From the NCBI RefSeq assembly GCF_009914755.1, contig NC_060942.1: DNA of 64,000 nt; one strand, 5' to 3'. Each line of letters starts with the position of its first letter. The stretch's first letter is position 1. Positions 29,371-60,778 of the stretch are shown in pieces. The position numbers were made by a program, and so were the translations under genes. The DNA comes from the human T2T-CHM13v2.0 reference genome, Homo sapiens. Under the pieces are notes generated by a model. It had not been told where the DNA came from, did not search any database, and saw only the letters and a program-made list of their open reading frames with translations.

Positions 29371-29880
29371 CTCAGGTCCAGGGGAGATAGCTATAAAACG
29401 CCTCTCCGGGTCCTATCTGTTTCCTCCCCTCCAGCTCAGCCTTGTTTCCATCTCTGGCATAATCGTAACTGTGCTTATTTTATTGATCTGCTTAAAGCCA
29501 GATTTGAAAAATTGAGAGAAAAGTTTTGAAGATTAAAAACAAAAAAACTTAGTTGTTTCTCGACTGCCTTACGTTTACCTGACACACTGTTCTGTTTCAT
29601 CTGTATTATTTGTGAAGAGTGTTGTGGAATCCAGTAGTGGAAGACACCTGGGCCAAGACTTTGTTTCTTTTTGGTGTCCAGTAAATATTATTAATGATGA
29701 CGATGAAAACTTTGTCTACTTAATATCTCCTTTTGAGAACCACATAGTGACAATCTCCTAAGTTGATGGTTGATTCTGTGGCCACTGCAGTGAGTGTGTG
29801 TGTGTGGTCACATAGTGAAAATGCACTGAGTATTCACTATGTACGAAGCACGTTACACAACTGCCCTTTGAGGTAGGTCT

Positions 29881-30184
<304 letters not shown>

Positions 30185-31226
30185 GAGGTAGGTATTGTTA
30201 TTATCCCTGTTCTACAAATGAAATGTCAGGGGGCAAGGAAGTAACTTCCCAAAGTTACACAGGGAATAAGCAGTGGGGCAGTCACCTGAGCGCAGGCAGT
30301 TGTGCTCCTCCCAAGAAAATGATTATGGAAACACCGTCGATAGTTTCTTATGGTCATGAGCCAGTTTTACAAGCGTTTGTGAATTGTGCTTGATCCTCAG
30401 AACGCTAGGAAGTGGATAAAGTAGGAATTGTCATCCCATTTCACAGATGAGATTACTGAAGTTACCTGACCTGCTCAACTTTGTATAACTAAAGAAGCTA
30501 GAGAAATGTCGAGCTTCTAACCTTTTTGACCGAGATGGGTGCTTCTCATTAAACCTATAATTTCCTAATTACATAATTAGTACCTGTAGCCTGATCAGAA
30601 TGTCTCACAATGTATATATTTAATACTGTCTATCCTACGAGCAGCAATTATACCGATTTGCATCTCAAAATTGATATGTGTTAAAATATAAGAAACAGAA
30701 ATATAAAATAAATTTATATTTCTTAAATTATAAGAAACACAGTTTTTGAAATAGAAACACAAACTACTGAAAAATCGGGTATAAAAAGATCCCTTAGAAA
30801 CATCATCTGGGAAATCTGAATGAGGATGTAAAGATTTATCACATACTAAAATTTCAAGAAAAGGTTTCTTGTGTAGAAAAATGATGAAGATGATGGATTG
30901 CACATATCACACAGTCTCTTAAGTGGATCTTTTTTTTTTAGAATGGTTGTCATAGGCAATTTTAGAGACAATAACTAGAAGTGTCACTAGGTGGCACTAT
31001 TGTTCTTAATATAGTACTGTCTTAACCCATTCCCTAATGAATTTGAGATAAAGCAGCCAAATCATGAGTATCTAGACAGCATTATTGTCAGTAATGCTGT
31101 GACTTTCTCAAAGTTGTTTCTTAAATAATTGATGAAAAGTCTTACAATTAAATTCATACTATTTCATGAGCCCCAAATGTAGGGAATAATCTCTAGGACT
31201 CCTTTTTACAAATATCAATGGCAAAT

Positions 31227-31321
31227 TCCCTTCCCCTTCTCCACCCCTTTTGCCTTTTCCTTCCCCTTCCCCTCCCCTCTTTTTTCCTTCCTTCCTTCCT
31301 TCCTTCCTTCCTCCTTCCTTC
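31227..31321. repeat. Polypyrimidine / (CCTT)n tract
   Basis: Read directly. Confidence 0.9.
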
Positions 31322-31634
31322 ATTAATTTACAAGTATTTATTGAGTGCTTGGAAAGTGCCAGAATCTCAGCTTGGCTCCAGTGGCTTTTACACCGAAATA
31401 ATGACCTTTGTTGAACATGAGATCATAGGCTTTGCACTGAAAAGACCAGACTTCCTCCACTTACTGACTTGAACAAGTCGTTCTTGTTACCATCACTTCA
31501 ATTTTAGAGATGAGAAGGCTAAAGCACAGAGCTAGTGGTTATGTATGAAAATACTCTGTAAAATTATGCTTTATATAAGAATGCTATTATTACCACCTCA
31601 GGAATGTTGAGAACTGTATCTATTATAGTTCTAG

Positions 31635-31970
<336 letters not shown>

Positions 31971-34173
31971 TAAATATAAAACACTGTTCTAACACGTCTC
32001 ACAGGAGACCAGCCTAATCTTTTACCAGCCGCACTTAACTGCAGTTGATTGTATTGCCAGGACACAGGCTTCCTTTCAGACAGTCATTCTTAATGAACTT
32101 GATGATGATTCATATTTCCTCGTGGACACTGGTAACTAGCACAGCGAAAACCAATCTGAGGACCTTCGTCTACTCGCATTTTTTAATAATCCGAGTGTAA
32201 ATTGAGGTTGGCTCATTTGGGAGGTTGTGCTTACTGTACTTTTTCTCAAGTAATCTTTTATTCAATCTATTTATTCAGTTCTTACTTACTGAAGTGTACA
32301 TTACATCTGACAGCCGAGGGTGATAGCGAAACTAGGACCCTACTCTCTGGGAGTGTTTTAATGCCCAGCACTTTGGAAGCACGTAACGAATGTGAGTTCT
32401 TATCTGTTACCAGGGTGCCAAACAGCTGTTCAGGAGCTGCGACGGGTGTCTAACTGCTCACTGAAGAGGTCAAAGAGAGCTTTGAGAAATGCTTGCCCTG
32501 ACAGTGATGTTTGTTCTCTCAGTGCTACCGCTGATCGCCTTCATACCAGCCAATCACATAGCTGAGAACTCAAGCAAGCACGAAATAGAAAAACCTCAAT
32601 TTGAAGAGTTTTATATTGAAAATATCCAGGATTTCCTGATTATTTTACAGACAAGCTAACGAAATTCAGTAGATGACCTGCGTTTCATCGCTGCCAGATG
32701 ATAAACATTTGGGAGCAGGGACCACTTGCTGAAAGGCATCTTGAGAGATATGCTCCCACTTCTCAGATCGGAAGACTAAGGCCCCAAAGCCTCCAGATCT
32801 AGCCTCTTAATCCAGGCTTCTTCTTAGCCACTGTGGTCTCACCCCGTTTATCAGGCAGTGGGATCTGTCTGCCCCACCCAACTCCAGAGCTTTTCCTTTT
32901 GTTTTGGAATTGCCCTTGAGTTCTGCGCCGCTCTTCTCCTCTTCCCCGTGGGTATGAAAACACCAAGGATGTCAACAGGAAAAGACAAGGATCTGTAAAC
33001 AGAGAAGCGAGCAGGAAACAAGGCCCGCATTCATGGGAATAAACTCAGCAACCCTAGAACATTTGCCATTCATAACGGCAAATTTTAATCAGTGGTGCTG
33101 AGAAACTCTTCCCAAGCAAAAAAGGCTTGTGTCTCTCTGGGGTGGGCCTCTCTCCTTGCTCCAAATCTGGTCTTAGTTCCCAGTCTAAGGTAGCTAGGGG
33201 ATCTTCACAGCACACTCCTTGAACAATATCACATTTATATAACCTTGCCCCTCCCTTGTTTGTGAGTCTGGCTATTTCTTTCCCTGTTAAAAGACAAAAC
33301 CCCAACCTCGTCATAGAACACCCACCAAACAAGAGCAGGAATCCCTCTTTATCTGATGGGCTTGCCACACAGAGCTGCGGACCCTGAGTTGCCTGGCAGA
33401 TGGGAAGCAAGCCCATCCTGCCCTGTGGAGGGGAGGGGCGGAGGAGAGCCCACTGCCAGTCCACAGCGGCCACACTGGAGAGACCTGCAAATCCGGGCTG
33501 GCCGTGCAAATCCGGGCTCATTGTCAGGCTGGCAGCATTGGCCAGGCCTGAGTAAATCAAGTGAAACAGAAGACAGATGGATGTGACCAAGTTATTGCCA
33601 AGAGGAAACAGACAAGGTAATTTTAAAGAGATGAAAAATAAGCTTTTCTACTCTGCATAATCATGGAGATGGAAAAGGTTAGATTCTTGCTTACCTTTTC
33701 AGTGCATATCTGTGTTTTTATGCATATGATTTTTGTTGTGATTTTTTTCTTTTTGACCTCATATGTTGCACCTATCTGTCATGTCACTGCTACCACTTTG
33801 CTACTTTACCTGAATATGTGAAAACGGACCTCGATATTGAAACTCTTCCGTGGCACATTTTTCTTTTATTTGAAAAGATGCGTTTGATTTAGAAAATACA
33901 AAGGCACTCTCCTACTTTCTTTGCACCTGGGCTAAATTGGACATAGGTATCAAAATTAGCTACCTCCTCACCTGTGAAAGAGACACTGATAACAGATTGA
34001 GGGTGGGATGGGCCGGCCGTGAGGACCTGTGGTGCAGGTCGGGGTTGTCCAGGCCAGGGCAGTGTGAGTCAGGGACAAGTATGTGTTCCAGCTTTTGTGC
34101 TTGTGTCACAGAGGTCAGAAATGACAAGCAGATAGGGAAATCTGTGGCTTTGGTTTAAAATAGAGCCCAGGTA

Positions 34174-34472
<299 letters not shown>

Positions 34473-35487
34473 TAGAGCCCAGGTATTGTATTTTGAAATC
34501 AATTTATATATAATATGTGTGTTCCATGCATATGTGCACATGTGTGTTCATGCAGCCATAAATCAAACATCTCTGGAAAGACACACCAGAAGCTAGTTGC
34601 TGTTGTGGTGGGAATTTGTAGCCATGGGCCAGGGGTGAGAGGAAAACTTAATTACATTGTAAACACTTTCTTTTTAAAATTTTAGAATGTGCACTTGCAT
34701 TTCCCATTAAAACTAAAACATATGATAATCATCTTAACTAAAGGATATATTCTTTACAAGCATAGGAAAAATCTCAAAGTAGTCCCATTAAGCAATTTCT
34801 TCCTTGGCATAAGGGGAATAAAATCCTAGTTGTCACCTCAGTTTGAAGGGAGGTTAAAGTGGGTTATCTTTCCTTTATGACTTTACTACAGAGATGTTGA
34901 AGGGCCAAGCATATGTTCCCAAGTAAGCAAGTGGCTCTTGAGTACCATGGGTTCGGGGGCTCCTGATAGCAGTGCTACGGCAAAGACGGTGAGAACTTTG
35001 GTGTTTGTGTTGGTTGGGCCTGGATGCCACCTTCCTGGCCCTGTCATTGGTTCACCCGTATTCTTAGAAAGATCTGAGCTGGAGTGGTGGAGATTGAGAA
35101 AATGAATGAATTGGAAGAAGATTCTGAAGAAGTAGGAGTGACTGAAGAATCTGTGAGCTCCTCTATTGACAGGGAAGAGCTCCCTTCCCTGTGGCCCCCA
35201 ATACAAATGTGAAAACCAATCCCAGAAAAAAACAACAACAAAGATCACTAATAGCAGTAGAAAAAAATACATTGGGGGTGGGAAATATTATATTCTAATA
35301 TTAGAAGTAGGAGACTAGTTAAGGAGCTCCTGCAGCACTTCGGCCAAAAAGGAGTGAGATGGTGAAGAAGCGGGCAGTTGCAGAAATGATAGGAGTGACA
35401 CCGTGCTTTCCCTCCCCTGGAAGACAGGGATCAGGATGTCGCTGCAGGTCTACTTGAAGGTATCAGTAGAAATGGACAGACAGCATC

Positions 35488-35866
35488 TGTATTAGTCAGT
35501 TCTTACACTGCTACAAAGACATACTTGAGACTGGGTAATTTATAAAGGAAATAGGTTTAACTGACTCACAGATCTGCAGGCTGTACAGGAGGCTTGGCTG
35601 GGAGGCCTCAAGAAACTTACAATCATGGCTGAAGGGGAAGCCAGCACGTCTTACATGGCGGGAGGAGGAGGAAGAGAGAGAGCGGGAGGAGGGAAGAGAA
35701 AGAGCGAAAGGGGAAGTGCTACATACTTTCAAATGACCAGATCTTGTGAGAGCTCTATCACAGGAACGGCAAGGGGGACACCCACCCCAACCAGGCCTTT
35801 CCTCCAACACTAGGAATTACAATTCGACATGAGATTTGGGTGGGGACACAGAGCCAAACCATATCA
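35488..35866 (-). mobile_element. MST-type MaLR solo LTR
   Basis: TGTATTAGTC...CCAAACCATATCA; 5-bp TSD GCATC/ACATC. Confidence 0.9.
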
Positions 35867-36224
35867 ACATCCAAGCCTATGTCAGATCAAGGCCTAGGGA
35901 ACTCGTGCAAAGGCAGTATCAAATGCATCCAACTTCGCCAGGAGGAGGGAGCTAAAGGATCAGACCAGGTGGGATGGAGAGTGAAGGGAGAAAGTGCAAG
36001 TAGATGCCAGAGTGGCCTGATTTTGTGGGTCACTTGCAGCTGCTGGTGAGCATACTAGGAGCCCTGAAGGAGACACAGGGAACACATATATGGGGATGGA
36101 TAGGAGTCTGGGATCACTCACTTTCAGGCTTACGGAGTAGCTGAGTGGGTGGAGGTGTAGTCAAGAGAGATAGAGAGTTCAGGACAAAGTTTTGGGGGAG
36201 AAAATGACGAGTTCAGTTTTAAAC

Positions 36225-41740
<5,516 letters not shown>

Positions 41741-41964
41741 TGAACTTTTTGAATTACAGATGCTTGGTATCCAACTGGTCCACATTAAATCCAGAAAGCA
41801 TCTAGGTAATGCAAGAGATGTCGTAGAACCTAAGAGAAAAGAATCTCAAGAAAGAAAATGTGACAAAAGTGTTAATTGCTTCAGTGAAATCAAATAAGTG
41901 TCCATTTGTTTTGACAATATGGAAGTAACTGGTGCTCCCAGTGAAAACATTTTTGGTAGAATGC

Positions 41965-42341
41965 TGTCTTAGTTCATTTTGTACTGCTATAACAGAATAT
42001 CTGAGATTGGATAATTTATAAAGAACAGAAATTTATTTCTTACAGTTCTGGAGGCTGGGGAGTCCAAGATTGAAGGGCCTATATCTGAAGGGGGCCTTCT
42101 TGATGCATCATCCCATCATGGAAGGCAGAAGGGCAATAAAGCATGTGAGAGAGAGATGGGAAGAGGGCTGAACTTATCCTTTTATCAGAAATCCATTTCC
42201 ACAATAATGGCATTAATCCATTCATGAGGACTGAGCTCTCATGACCTAATTACCTCTTAAAAGTCCCACCTCTCAACACTGTTGCATTGGGGATTAAGTT
42301 TACAACACATGAACTTTGGAGAACACATTCAACCCATAGCA
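41965..42341 (-). mobile_element. MST/MLT1A-type MaLR solo LTR
   Basis: TGTCTTAGTTC...ACATTCAACCCATAGCA. Confidence 0.85.
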
Positions 42342-42586
42342 ATTTGTGTCAGTAGAAACCAGATTACAATAATTGAAGAAGAAAAGGAGAGGTAAGGGGA
42401 CTGCTTCAGTGGGAAATGAACTTGATGTAATAATTACTTCCAAGTAGGGTGACCAATTGTCCCCATTTGCACAGAACTGAGGGGGTTTCTAGGATACTGG
42501 ATTTGCGTGCAAAAGCTACAAATCAGGACAAGTTGTTCATGCTACCTCCAAGTACACTATCAGGCAGGCTGCTCTAGAGTTCATAA

Positions 42587-42960
<374 letters not shown>

Positions 42961-44054
42961 TAAACACAAAGCAAGAAGCAAGTGGAAACTGAGATAAGTT
43001 ATCACACTAAGGATAGGATCCAAGTTGGATGTAAGAGCCATACAAAAAAAATCCTGAGTCACACAATGTTCATATCCTATCTCTCTCACCTACAAAGACA
43101 CATCAGAATTTCCTACTGATGGCATGGTCTGATGCAGTGACCAGAGTCAAGGGTGAGCAAGGAGACTCAGCAAATTGAAGGTGCCTGAAGCCAACACATG
43201 CTTCCTCTTTCAAAGAGATGGAGGACAAGGAGCCTGTGCACAACTGAAATTCACCAATGAAGTGCTGAGGAGCTGTGGATTTATCTGCATATCTTGGACA
43301 GAGGTCACCTGGGGCAAGAATAGCTGTCACGATTCAGCAGCTGATTTAAATATGACATAGCTGTCATTCAGGAGGATACATGATCTGTGATTTTACTAAT
43401 ATTTTAGGTTTACTTGGTCCTTCTATCCTTTCCTATCTACAAGTAGCACACTTGGTATTTCCATTCTTTTAATCTATGTTTACCAAACATATGTTCTGTA
43501 TATGCTATTTATGTTTAACCTAAAAGATTTCTAACTTAGTACATTTGCTATCATTCCTCAACATGTTTTATGAGTGTCACCTATTGTTCTACTTGTTTGT
43601 TTCTCTTGTTAATTTCAGAAGAATTGAATATTCTCAAATACTACAGAAAAATCACATTATAGAAGTAACGATAGCATAAATAGACTTTTTGTACTCAACA
43701 CTTGGCTGTAATGGAAAAGAGAAAAAAAAGTTATTTGCTATAGGGATTTACAGAATCATGGGAAGCTTAAAAAAAAAGAAGCTGAAGATAAAGAACAGCC
43801 AGAGACAGAAGTTAATTGATGAAGCATGATTACTGAGAGAGAATAAAAGGTGGAGGGAGAATTGGTAGGAGATCGTATTCTCTTACAGGAGAAGAGGGAA
43901 GGAATAATGGGTGGCAATGCAAATATGTATCCAGTGGTGGGTGGGATTCACCAGGTGTGTTTCAGTTTACTTTGTGAAATAATTTGGCTCTTAAATAAGT
44001 ACTTCCAGGCACTGGTTGATTGATTTACAAATGTTTACTTTTTATTAAGTGTGG

Positions 44055-44590
44055 TGTGGTGGCCTTGTAATGTATTGACTTGGCTAAGCTGAACTACGTT
44101 TTCCACAATTTTGTTTCTTGTATGTTTCTGGTTATGGTGGGCCACGAGGGAGATTCTTGTGAGATTCAGAAAGCAGATGGGAAGCTGCAGTCATTTTGTA
44201 GCTCACACACATTGTTGCTGATCTGCTGACTCACCTCATCAGCATGAAGCGGCAGCTGGGCCTGCTCTACCTTCCACTGGGTTTTCCCTCAGCTTCCCTG
44301 ACTCCTGGGCCTGGTGTGTGTGTGTTTAGTTCCATGAGGTTGGGTCCCCACTATCAACACCAGAAGGAATATGAACTGACATGAGTTTCAATTTGTCCTG
44401 CTGGGTTCTAGTTCATGCTGTGGGTTCCAGTCTTTTCTTGATCTTCCTCACTTTATATCCATTGTCGCTTTCCAACTCTCTGCCCTCTGGACTTCAAGCT
44501 CCAGTACCAGATGAAAGGACTACAGTCTTACAGAGACTCTTTAACCAGTTCCAACGTTTGTGGAAGGCTGTATTTCTATGAAATAATATC
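44055..44590. mobile_element. ERVL LTR relic (LTR33-like)
   Basis: TGTGGTGGCC...GACTTGGCTAAGCTGAACTA start. Confidence 0.5.
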
Positions 44591-44599
44591 CTCAGATCA

Positions 44600-45220
44600 T
44601 GCCTGACTTTATGTTAATGATATCACTCAGGATAGGGGCTGGACATGCCACAAAAGCCATCCATGTGACTGGAGGGTTGGGGCTTTGAGCAATGTGGATA
44701 TCAGCCTGACTTCTGACCTCTGACCCCCAGGAAGGAGCAGGGGGCTGGAGACTGAATTCGATCACACTGCCAATGATTCAACCAATCATGCCTACAAAAT
44801 AAAACCCAAATAAAAACTCTGGACATGAAAGCTAGGGGAAACTTCCAGGTTGATAATCATACATCAGTGTGCCAGGAGGATGACAGGTCCTGAGCATAAA
44901 GAAGCTTTGAATTTGGGACCCTCCCAGACTTTGCTCCCTGCACCTTTTCATTTGGATGTCCCTGGTTTGTGTCTTTTATAATGAAACACTAAGCCTAAGT
45001 ATAGTGCGTGCCTGCATTCTGTGAGTTGTTCTGGTCCATTATTAAACCTGAGGAGTTAGTGGGAATCCCTGCATTTGTGGTCAGTTGGTCAGAAGCACCG
45101 GTGGCTCAGGAACCCTGGAACATATAACAGCTGGTATCTGGGGTAAGAGGCATCCTGTGAGTGGCTGTTCCCTTAACCTGTGAAATTTGACCTTACTCCA
45201 GGTCAGGATTGTATTGCAAA
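44600..45220 (+). mobile_element. MER21-type LTR
   Basis: AACCAATCATGCCTAC...AATAAAAACTCTGGAC; GGGACCCTCCCAGAC. Confidence 0.7.
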
Positions 45221-45374
45221 GAGAAAATAATGTATGGATCCCCTTGTAGGCATCACCTAGCTTCAATAATAATCAGCTCATGGCCAAACTTGTTTCATCT
45301 ATAACCCCTCCCATTTTCCTTTCATCATTATCCCTCAGCCCTCTTACCTGCATCACTAGATTACTTTGAAGTAA

Positions 45375-45771
<397 letters not shown>

Positions 45772-45811
45772 TCCCCACCTTTTTTTTAAGAGACAAGTTC
45801 TCACTCTGTTG

Positions 45812-53620
<7,809 letters not shown>

Positions 53621-53677
53621 CTCAGAATCCAAGCAAAGTCCACACATTGCATCTTATTGAAGGTCTCTTAATCTCTT

Positions 53678-53892
53678 TTACTTATTTATTTTATAGACAG
53701 GATCTGACTCTGTCACCCAGCTTGGAGTGCAGTGGCATGATCATAGCTCACCTCAGTCTCAAACTCCTAGACTTAGCGATCCTGCCGCCTCAGTCTCCCT
53801 AGTAGCTGGGACTACAGGTACACATCATCATGTCTGGCTAGTTTTTAAAAATTTTTTGTAGAGATGGGATCTTGTCATGTTGCTCAGGCTGT
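53678..53892 (-). mobile_element. AluJ-like, 5' truncated
   Basis: Reverse right arm plus partial left arm. Confidence 0.88.
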
Positions 53893-53982
53893 CTTACCTC
53901 TTTTAATCTATTTATTACCTTCTCTCTTTTTCTTTTGGTTGTAATTTATTTGTTGAAGAAATTGGGTGCCTTCTCCAATAGA

Positions 53983-54375
53983 GTGCTACTTCTCAAATGC
54001 TAAAGTGTATACAAACCACCTGGGGATCTTGTTAAAAAGTAGATTCTCCAGCCTGGCCAATGTGGCAAAATCCCGTATCTACTAACAGTATAAAAATTAG
54101 CCGGGCGTGGTGGCGGGTGCCTGTAATCCCAGCTACTCAGGAGGCTGAAGCAGGAGGAGTTGGGGGTTGCAGTTGAGCAGTGAGCCGAGATTGCACCACT
54201 GCACTCCAGCCTGGGCAACAAGAGCAAGATTGCGTCTCAAAAAATAAATACATAAATAAATTAGTAGATTCTGCTTTAGTGCAGGGATCTGCAGTGGGTC
54301 TGAGATGTGGCATTTCTGGCAAGCTCCCAGGTGAGGTGGATGCTGACCATCCATGGACCACACTTAGAGTAGCAA
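53983..54375. mobile_element. MER5-type relic split by a 5'-truncated + strand Alu (~54048-54260)
   Basis: CACCTGGGGATCTTGTTAAAA...AAGCTCCCAGGTGA; TSD AGTAGATTCT. Confidence 0.8.
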
Positions 54376-54559
54376 AGTCTAGAGCTGCCTGCAGTCTGCA
54401 TTCTGATGGTTGCATCATGATGTCATTACCATATTTTTCTGTTCCCTCTAAACTGATGGTTGGATCTTCTGAACTGCATGGAAACAACCTTCTTTTCTGT
54501 AACTTTTAATGTTCTTTCCAAAATATACATTTGAACAATTTGGAAGTTTTCCACTGGTA

Positions 54560-54892
54560 TCTTTATAGTTTTTGGTATAAAAGTTATGGTAAGTGCCCTA
54601 TACAAGTGTACCATTTTTTAGTCTTTTCTGTCATATTTTTACTCTACCTTTTCTATGTTTAGATACACAAATACCTATCATTGTGTTATAGTTGCTGACA
54701 GTATTCAGTACAGTAACATACTGTACAGGTTTGTAGCCTAAGAGCAGTAGGATATCACGTATAGCCTATGTGTGTAGGAGGCTAGACCATCTAGGTTTAT
54801 GTAAGTATACTCTATGACGTTCATACAGTGTCAAAGTTGCCTACCATGTGTTTCACAGAACATGTCCTGTGGTTAAGTGACTCATGGCTGCA
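54560..54892. mobile_element. Tigger3-type DNA transposon relic
   Basis: CTGTACAGGTTTGTAGCCTAAGAGCA...GTTAAGTGACTCATGGCTG. Confidence 0.75.
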
Positions 54893-56164
54893 TTTATTCA
54901 GGGCCTAGGGTTTCCGTGCACTCTCATACTTGGCAGGCACTTGGTAGTCTGGATGTGTTTTTTCATTTACCGGCTGAGGCATGAATGCAGCCCGTGCATT
55001 TACCTGTGTGCAGGAATGTGGTGTTGGTGCTTTTGTATACCGCACCATTCACATGCCAATTAGGTTGAATTTTCAGATTAATTAGATGAACTTAGAGTTG
55101 CCAGGCTCCGGAATAATTGGATATCAGACAAGAAAAATGGAAACAGAATTTGTAAGTGATTTACAAGTTTCAGTACTTTGTTTTCAGTCATGAAGCCAAA
55201 CTTTACCAAGAAGAGAAAAGATTCAACAGTGGAACATTTGAGCACAGTGGCCAGAGCTTTCTGGGCCGTGGAACCTTGGGCCCCTGACCTTTCAGGCTGG
55301 GTTGTCTCTTGTGGCCCTAATGTTTGCAGCAAACCGGTGGCTTGGTTGTAAATTTCATCTTTCTATGGGCTTCAGTCATTCAGAGGGCAAGCACGGACTT
55401 CTAAGGATTAGAGGGAGCCTCCTTGTTCAAATGTTTATGTGATTTCCTCTTCCAGCCACAGGTTGCTTCGTACTCACACGCAGCAGATAAGGCTCTGGTT
55501 CCTCTCCCTCAGACCTGAGCTCATCGCTTCCTCTGCTCTGTTGCTTCTTGTCTTCTGTCTCCTCTGGCCCTCGCCCAAGGTCAGCCTGCTGCCGAGTGTG
55601 TGTTATTGGCATTCCCACACATTTTGAGAAACCCTGTAGTGTTTCCACCGCATTAGGGTATTTAGGTTACAGGAAGAATTGGTGATGTTGAATTGAGGTC
55701 TTTTTTCATTACGATTACTCTTCTGTGAGCAGATAGAGTCATACCTGACACCGATCCATTTAAAAATCTGAACAAATTTTACTGATGCTCTAAAAAGTAC
55801 AGGTTTCTTCTTGAGCCCAAATGACATTTTGTCAGAAATGGAATACCAATTTTATTCACTGGGGAGGTGACTCTGTCCCCCCAAACCCTCCCTATCCTTG
55901 TCCCTCCTGATCCACTGGGAAGTCATAAAGTGGCTTCCACAGGCAACTGAAATGCGTTCTGAATCATCCTCTCCGTCCTCTCCCGTGGGGCAGGTAGCAA
56001 GAGTAACAGGAAATAACAGGCACATATCAAATCACATTGCTTAGGTTGGAATCTCAGAACTAGGGGAAAATGTAAGTTTCAATTCCTGTCTCATTCCAAA
56101 ATAAATTCAAGGCAGCATTTCATGTAAAATATAAAGTAAATATATATTACTTTAAATTTTGGAC

Positions 56165-56325
56165 AAAATTGTAAACCCTTTCAAGCCTCATGTTTATCAC
56201 CTGTAAAATGGAGAAAATACGAGCACACGCTTCACAGGGGTGTTATGAGCAGTGATTATTATAGCTCATGGTAAGCACTTAGCATAGTGTCTGGCTCATT
56301 ATAAGTGCTCAAGAGACATTAGTCA
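56165..56325. mobile_element. MIR SINE
   Basis: CCTGTAAAATGGAG...AAGCACTTAGCATAGTGTCTGGC. Confidence 0.7.
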
Positions 56326-56670
56326 TTCATATTTCTCCAAGTTTCATTGATCAATATTCTGTCTTGCTGCACATTATTATCATTAATTATAAAGTCATTT
56401 TGGGTAAAAATTATTTGAATCAAAGATATGATAAATATGATAAGAGAAGACTAAAAACATAATCAATGAACTGAATTAAAGTTTTCATGTCTTTCAATAT
56501 TATTTAGTCCAATATGTTAAATATGTTCCTTATTCCTTTGTAGCATTTGAATACATCCTAGGTTGCCTGTGCAACGATTGTTGGGTGCCAAAACACAACT
56601 AAGTCAATTATCCTGATACAGGAATTGTCATATATTATCATCAGAAGGGCATTTCAGAGGTCTGCTAATC

Positions 56671-57076
56671 TTTTTCTTTTTTTTAAAGTAAAGGCCTCAC
56701 ACATTCATTACTGAACCCAGCCAACCAATCCCTTCATAGCACACATAGAAAGAAAAAATATATTCCCAATAAAATATGTCCAACTGTCCAGATAGTGGTG
56801 GCATTTTCAGCTTGATACGGTAAGATGGTCTGACCTCGGCCCAGCATAAATATGTGTGCCATCTCATGTGCAATTCCTTACAGATCCAGCTTGCTTCTTC
56901 TCCAGTGTTTCCTTTTGTAGTGTGCCTGATTCTATTACCAGCTTTCATCTGAATCCACTGGGGAATGGAACGATTTGCTTTAGTTTCTTGACCAGGAATC
57001 GCTTAATCCTGAAAGTCTTGTGAGGAGACATGGGGAGAAGCGAAGGCAAGCACACACCACGATGGCAAAGAAAAGT
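56671..57076 (-). pseudogene. Processed pseudogene of ribosomal protein L39 (RPL39/eL39)
   Basis: ATG 57031 to TAA 56878: [49 protein letters not shown] versus RPL39 [51 protein letters not shown]; two 1-nt deletions; intronless; poly(A) remnant 56671-56684; TSD GGTCTGCTAATCTT at 56659-56672 and 57077-57090. Confidence 0.95.
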
Positions 57077-57114
57077 GGTCTGCTAATCTTAATCTTCTAT
57101 TCAAAATAAAATGT

Positions 57115-57444
<330 letters not shown>

Positions 57445-57503
57445 CTAAACAGCAAACTTTCTGATTCTGTGTATCCTGTCCTTCAGCAAGGAATTGCCCT
57501 TAG

Positions 57504-57810
<307 letters not shown>

Positions 57811-58299
57811 GACTTTGTTTTAAAGTAATAAATGCACATGATAAAAACTTCAAAGTAAACAATATGAAATGAAAAGCAAAAGTCTCCCTACCCCAGCCTC
57901 GTCTCCACTCCCCAGACATAACCAAGACAATTATTTATCTTTCTAAAAATTTCGTGATGCTTCTACTGGTGTATATTTTGGAAGCTTTGTAGTTCACCTT
58001 GGTCTCAATGTTCTGCCATAATCTATCTGGTTTCATATTTGGCCTGGGGTCGACTTAATAGTCAAATGCCAAATTCAGCATCCCCATTCTAGCATTCTCA
58101 GGGCATGATCAATTATCACCCAGGTCAGGGGATCTGCAATTCACAGCTCTTCGGTGAAATCTAGTCTCCCTTCTGCTTTTGTAAATATTTATTGCAACTT
58201 ACCACATTCATTCATTTAGATATATTAAGAATTTTCAAATAGTTAAATAAATAAGGCAATAGACTGGCAGTGCACAGATTAAAATAGTTTGATAACTTA

Positions 58300-58693
<394 letters not shown>

Positions 58694-59434
58694 TCAAAAT
58701 TCAAATTTCTGTAGACTTGTTTGGTGAATTAGGTAAGCCAAATACACCTTAAGAGTTTTATTTAGTTATTTGGTATTTAATATTTTCTTAGTTTTATTGG
58801 TTGTTTTTTAAAAACTATATTTATGTAACTTTTATTTTAGCCAAACAGTAACTTTATATTTTCCACAAATGAATTGCATGTTTTATTTTTTCACTTGTGG
58901 GGTTGTGCTCTGCTTCAAAATTATATTTAAAATTTACTTCAAAATTATATTTTAAAATTTCACATTTCACACAAAATTTTCAACCATTTTGATTACTTTA
59001 TATTTTACATGAAACACTGCCTTGAATTTATTTTGAAATAAGACAGGAATTGAAATATGTTTTTCCTTAAATGGTTAACCAATTGAACCAACACCACTTA
59101 TTCAGTAATTACTCTTGTCCCACAGATGTTTATCATCTAAAAATATGACTAGTAAATTTTTAACTAATATTTGAATTTTTAAATTAATTCCAGATTTATT
59201 CTTGTAACCCAGCAGTTTCGTTCTATGGTGGTATAATCTGCTTTAGTTATTGTTTTAATGAAATATTGATTTTAATTGTCAGACATTTGGAGTTCAGCCA
59301 AACTGTGAAGTTAGTGATGAAGCACATATAAAATTGTGTATCTTTTAAAAATGTACATGAATGAGACTCAAGTACACATGCTATATTTAATTTTTAAATT
59401 TAGTGACATATCATGGATATTTTTCCATATCAGG

Positions 59435-60310
<876 letters not shown>

Positions 60311-60451
60311 AAAAGGTTTTCAGGAGTTTGTAATGTGTTTACTCACACACTCCACAAACTCAATTTTATCAAATATTTTTTGAATAAGAAATTTTAAATC
60401 TGTCAATGAAATTAGCCCTTTTCAATGATGTGCGTGGCAACTACTTCCCTG

Positions 60452-60778
<327 letters not shown>

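Noticed and set aside
33054-33620. 178-aa minus ORF and possible lncRNA exon with AAG|GTAATT donor near 33617
   Set aside because: Non-ATG start and no recognisable protein; a lone donor is insufficient without transcript data
35044-35272. Glu-rich purine stretch resembling a coding or pseudogene fragment
   Set aside because: No recognisable parent, tail or TSD; more like decayed L2-type sequence
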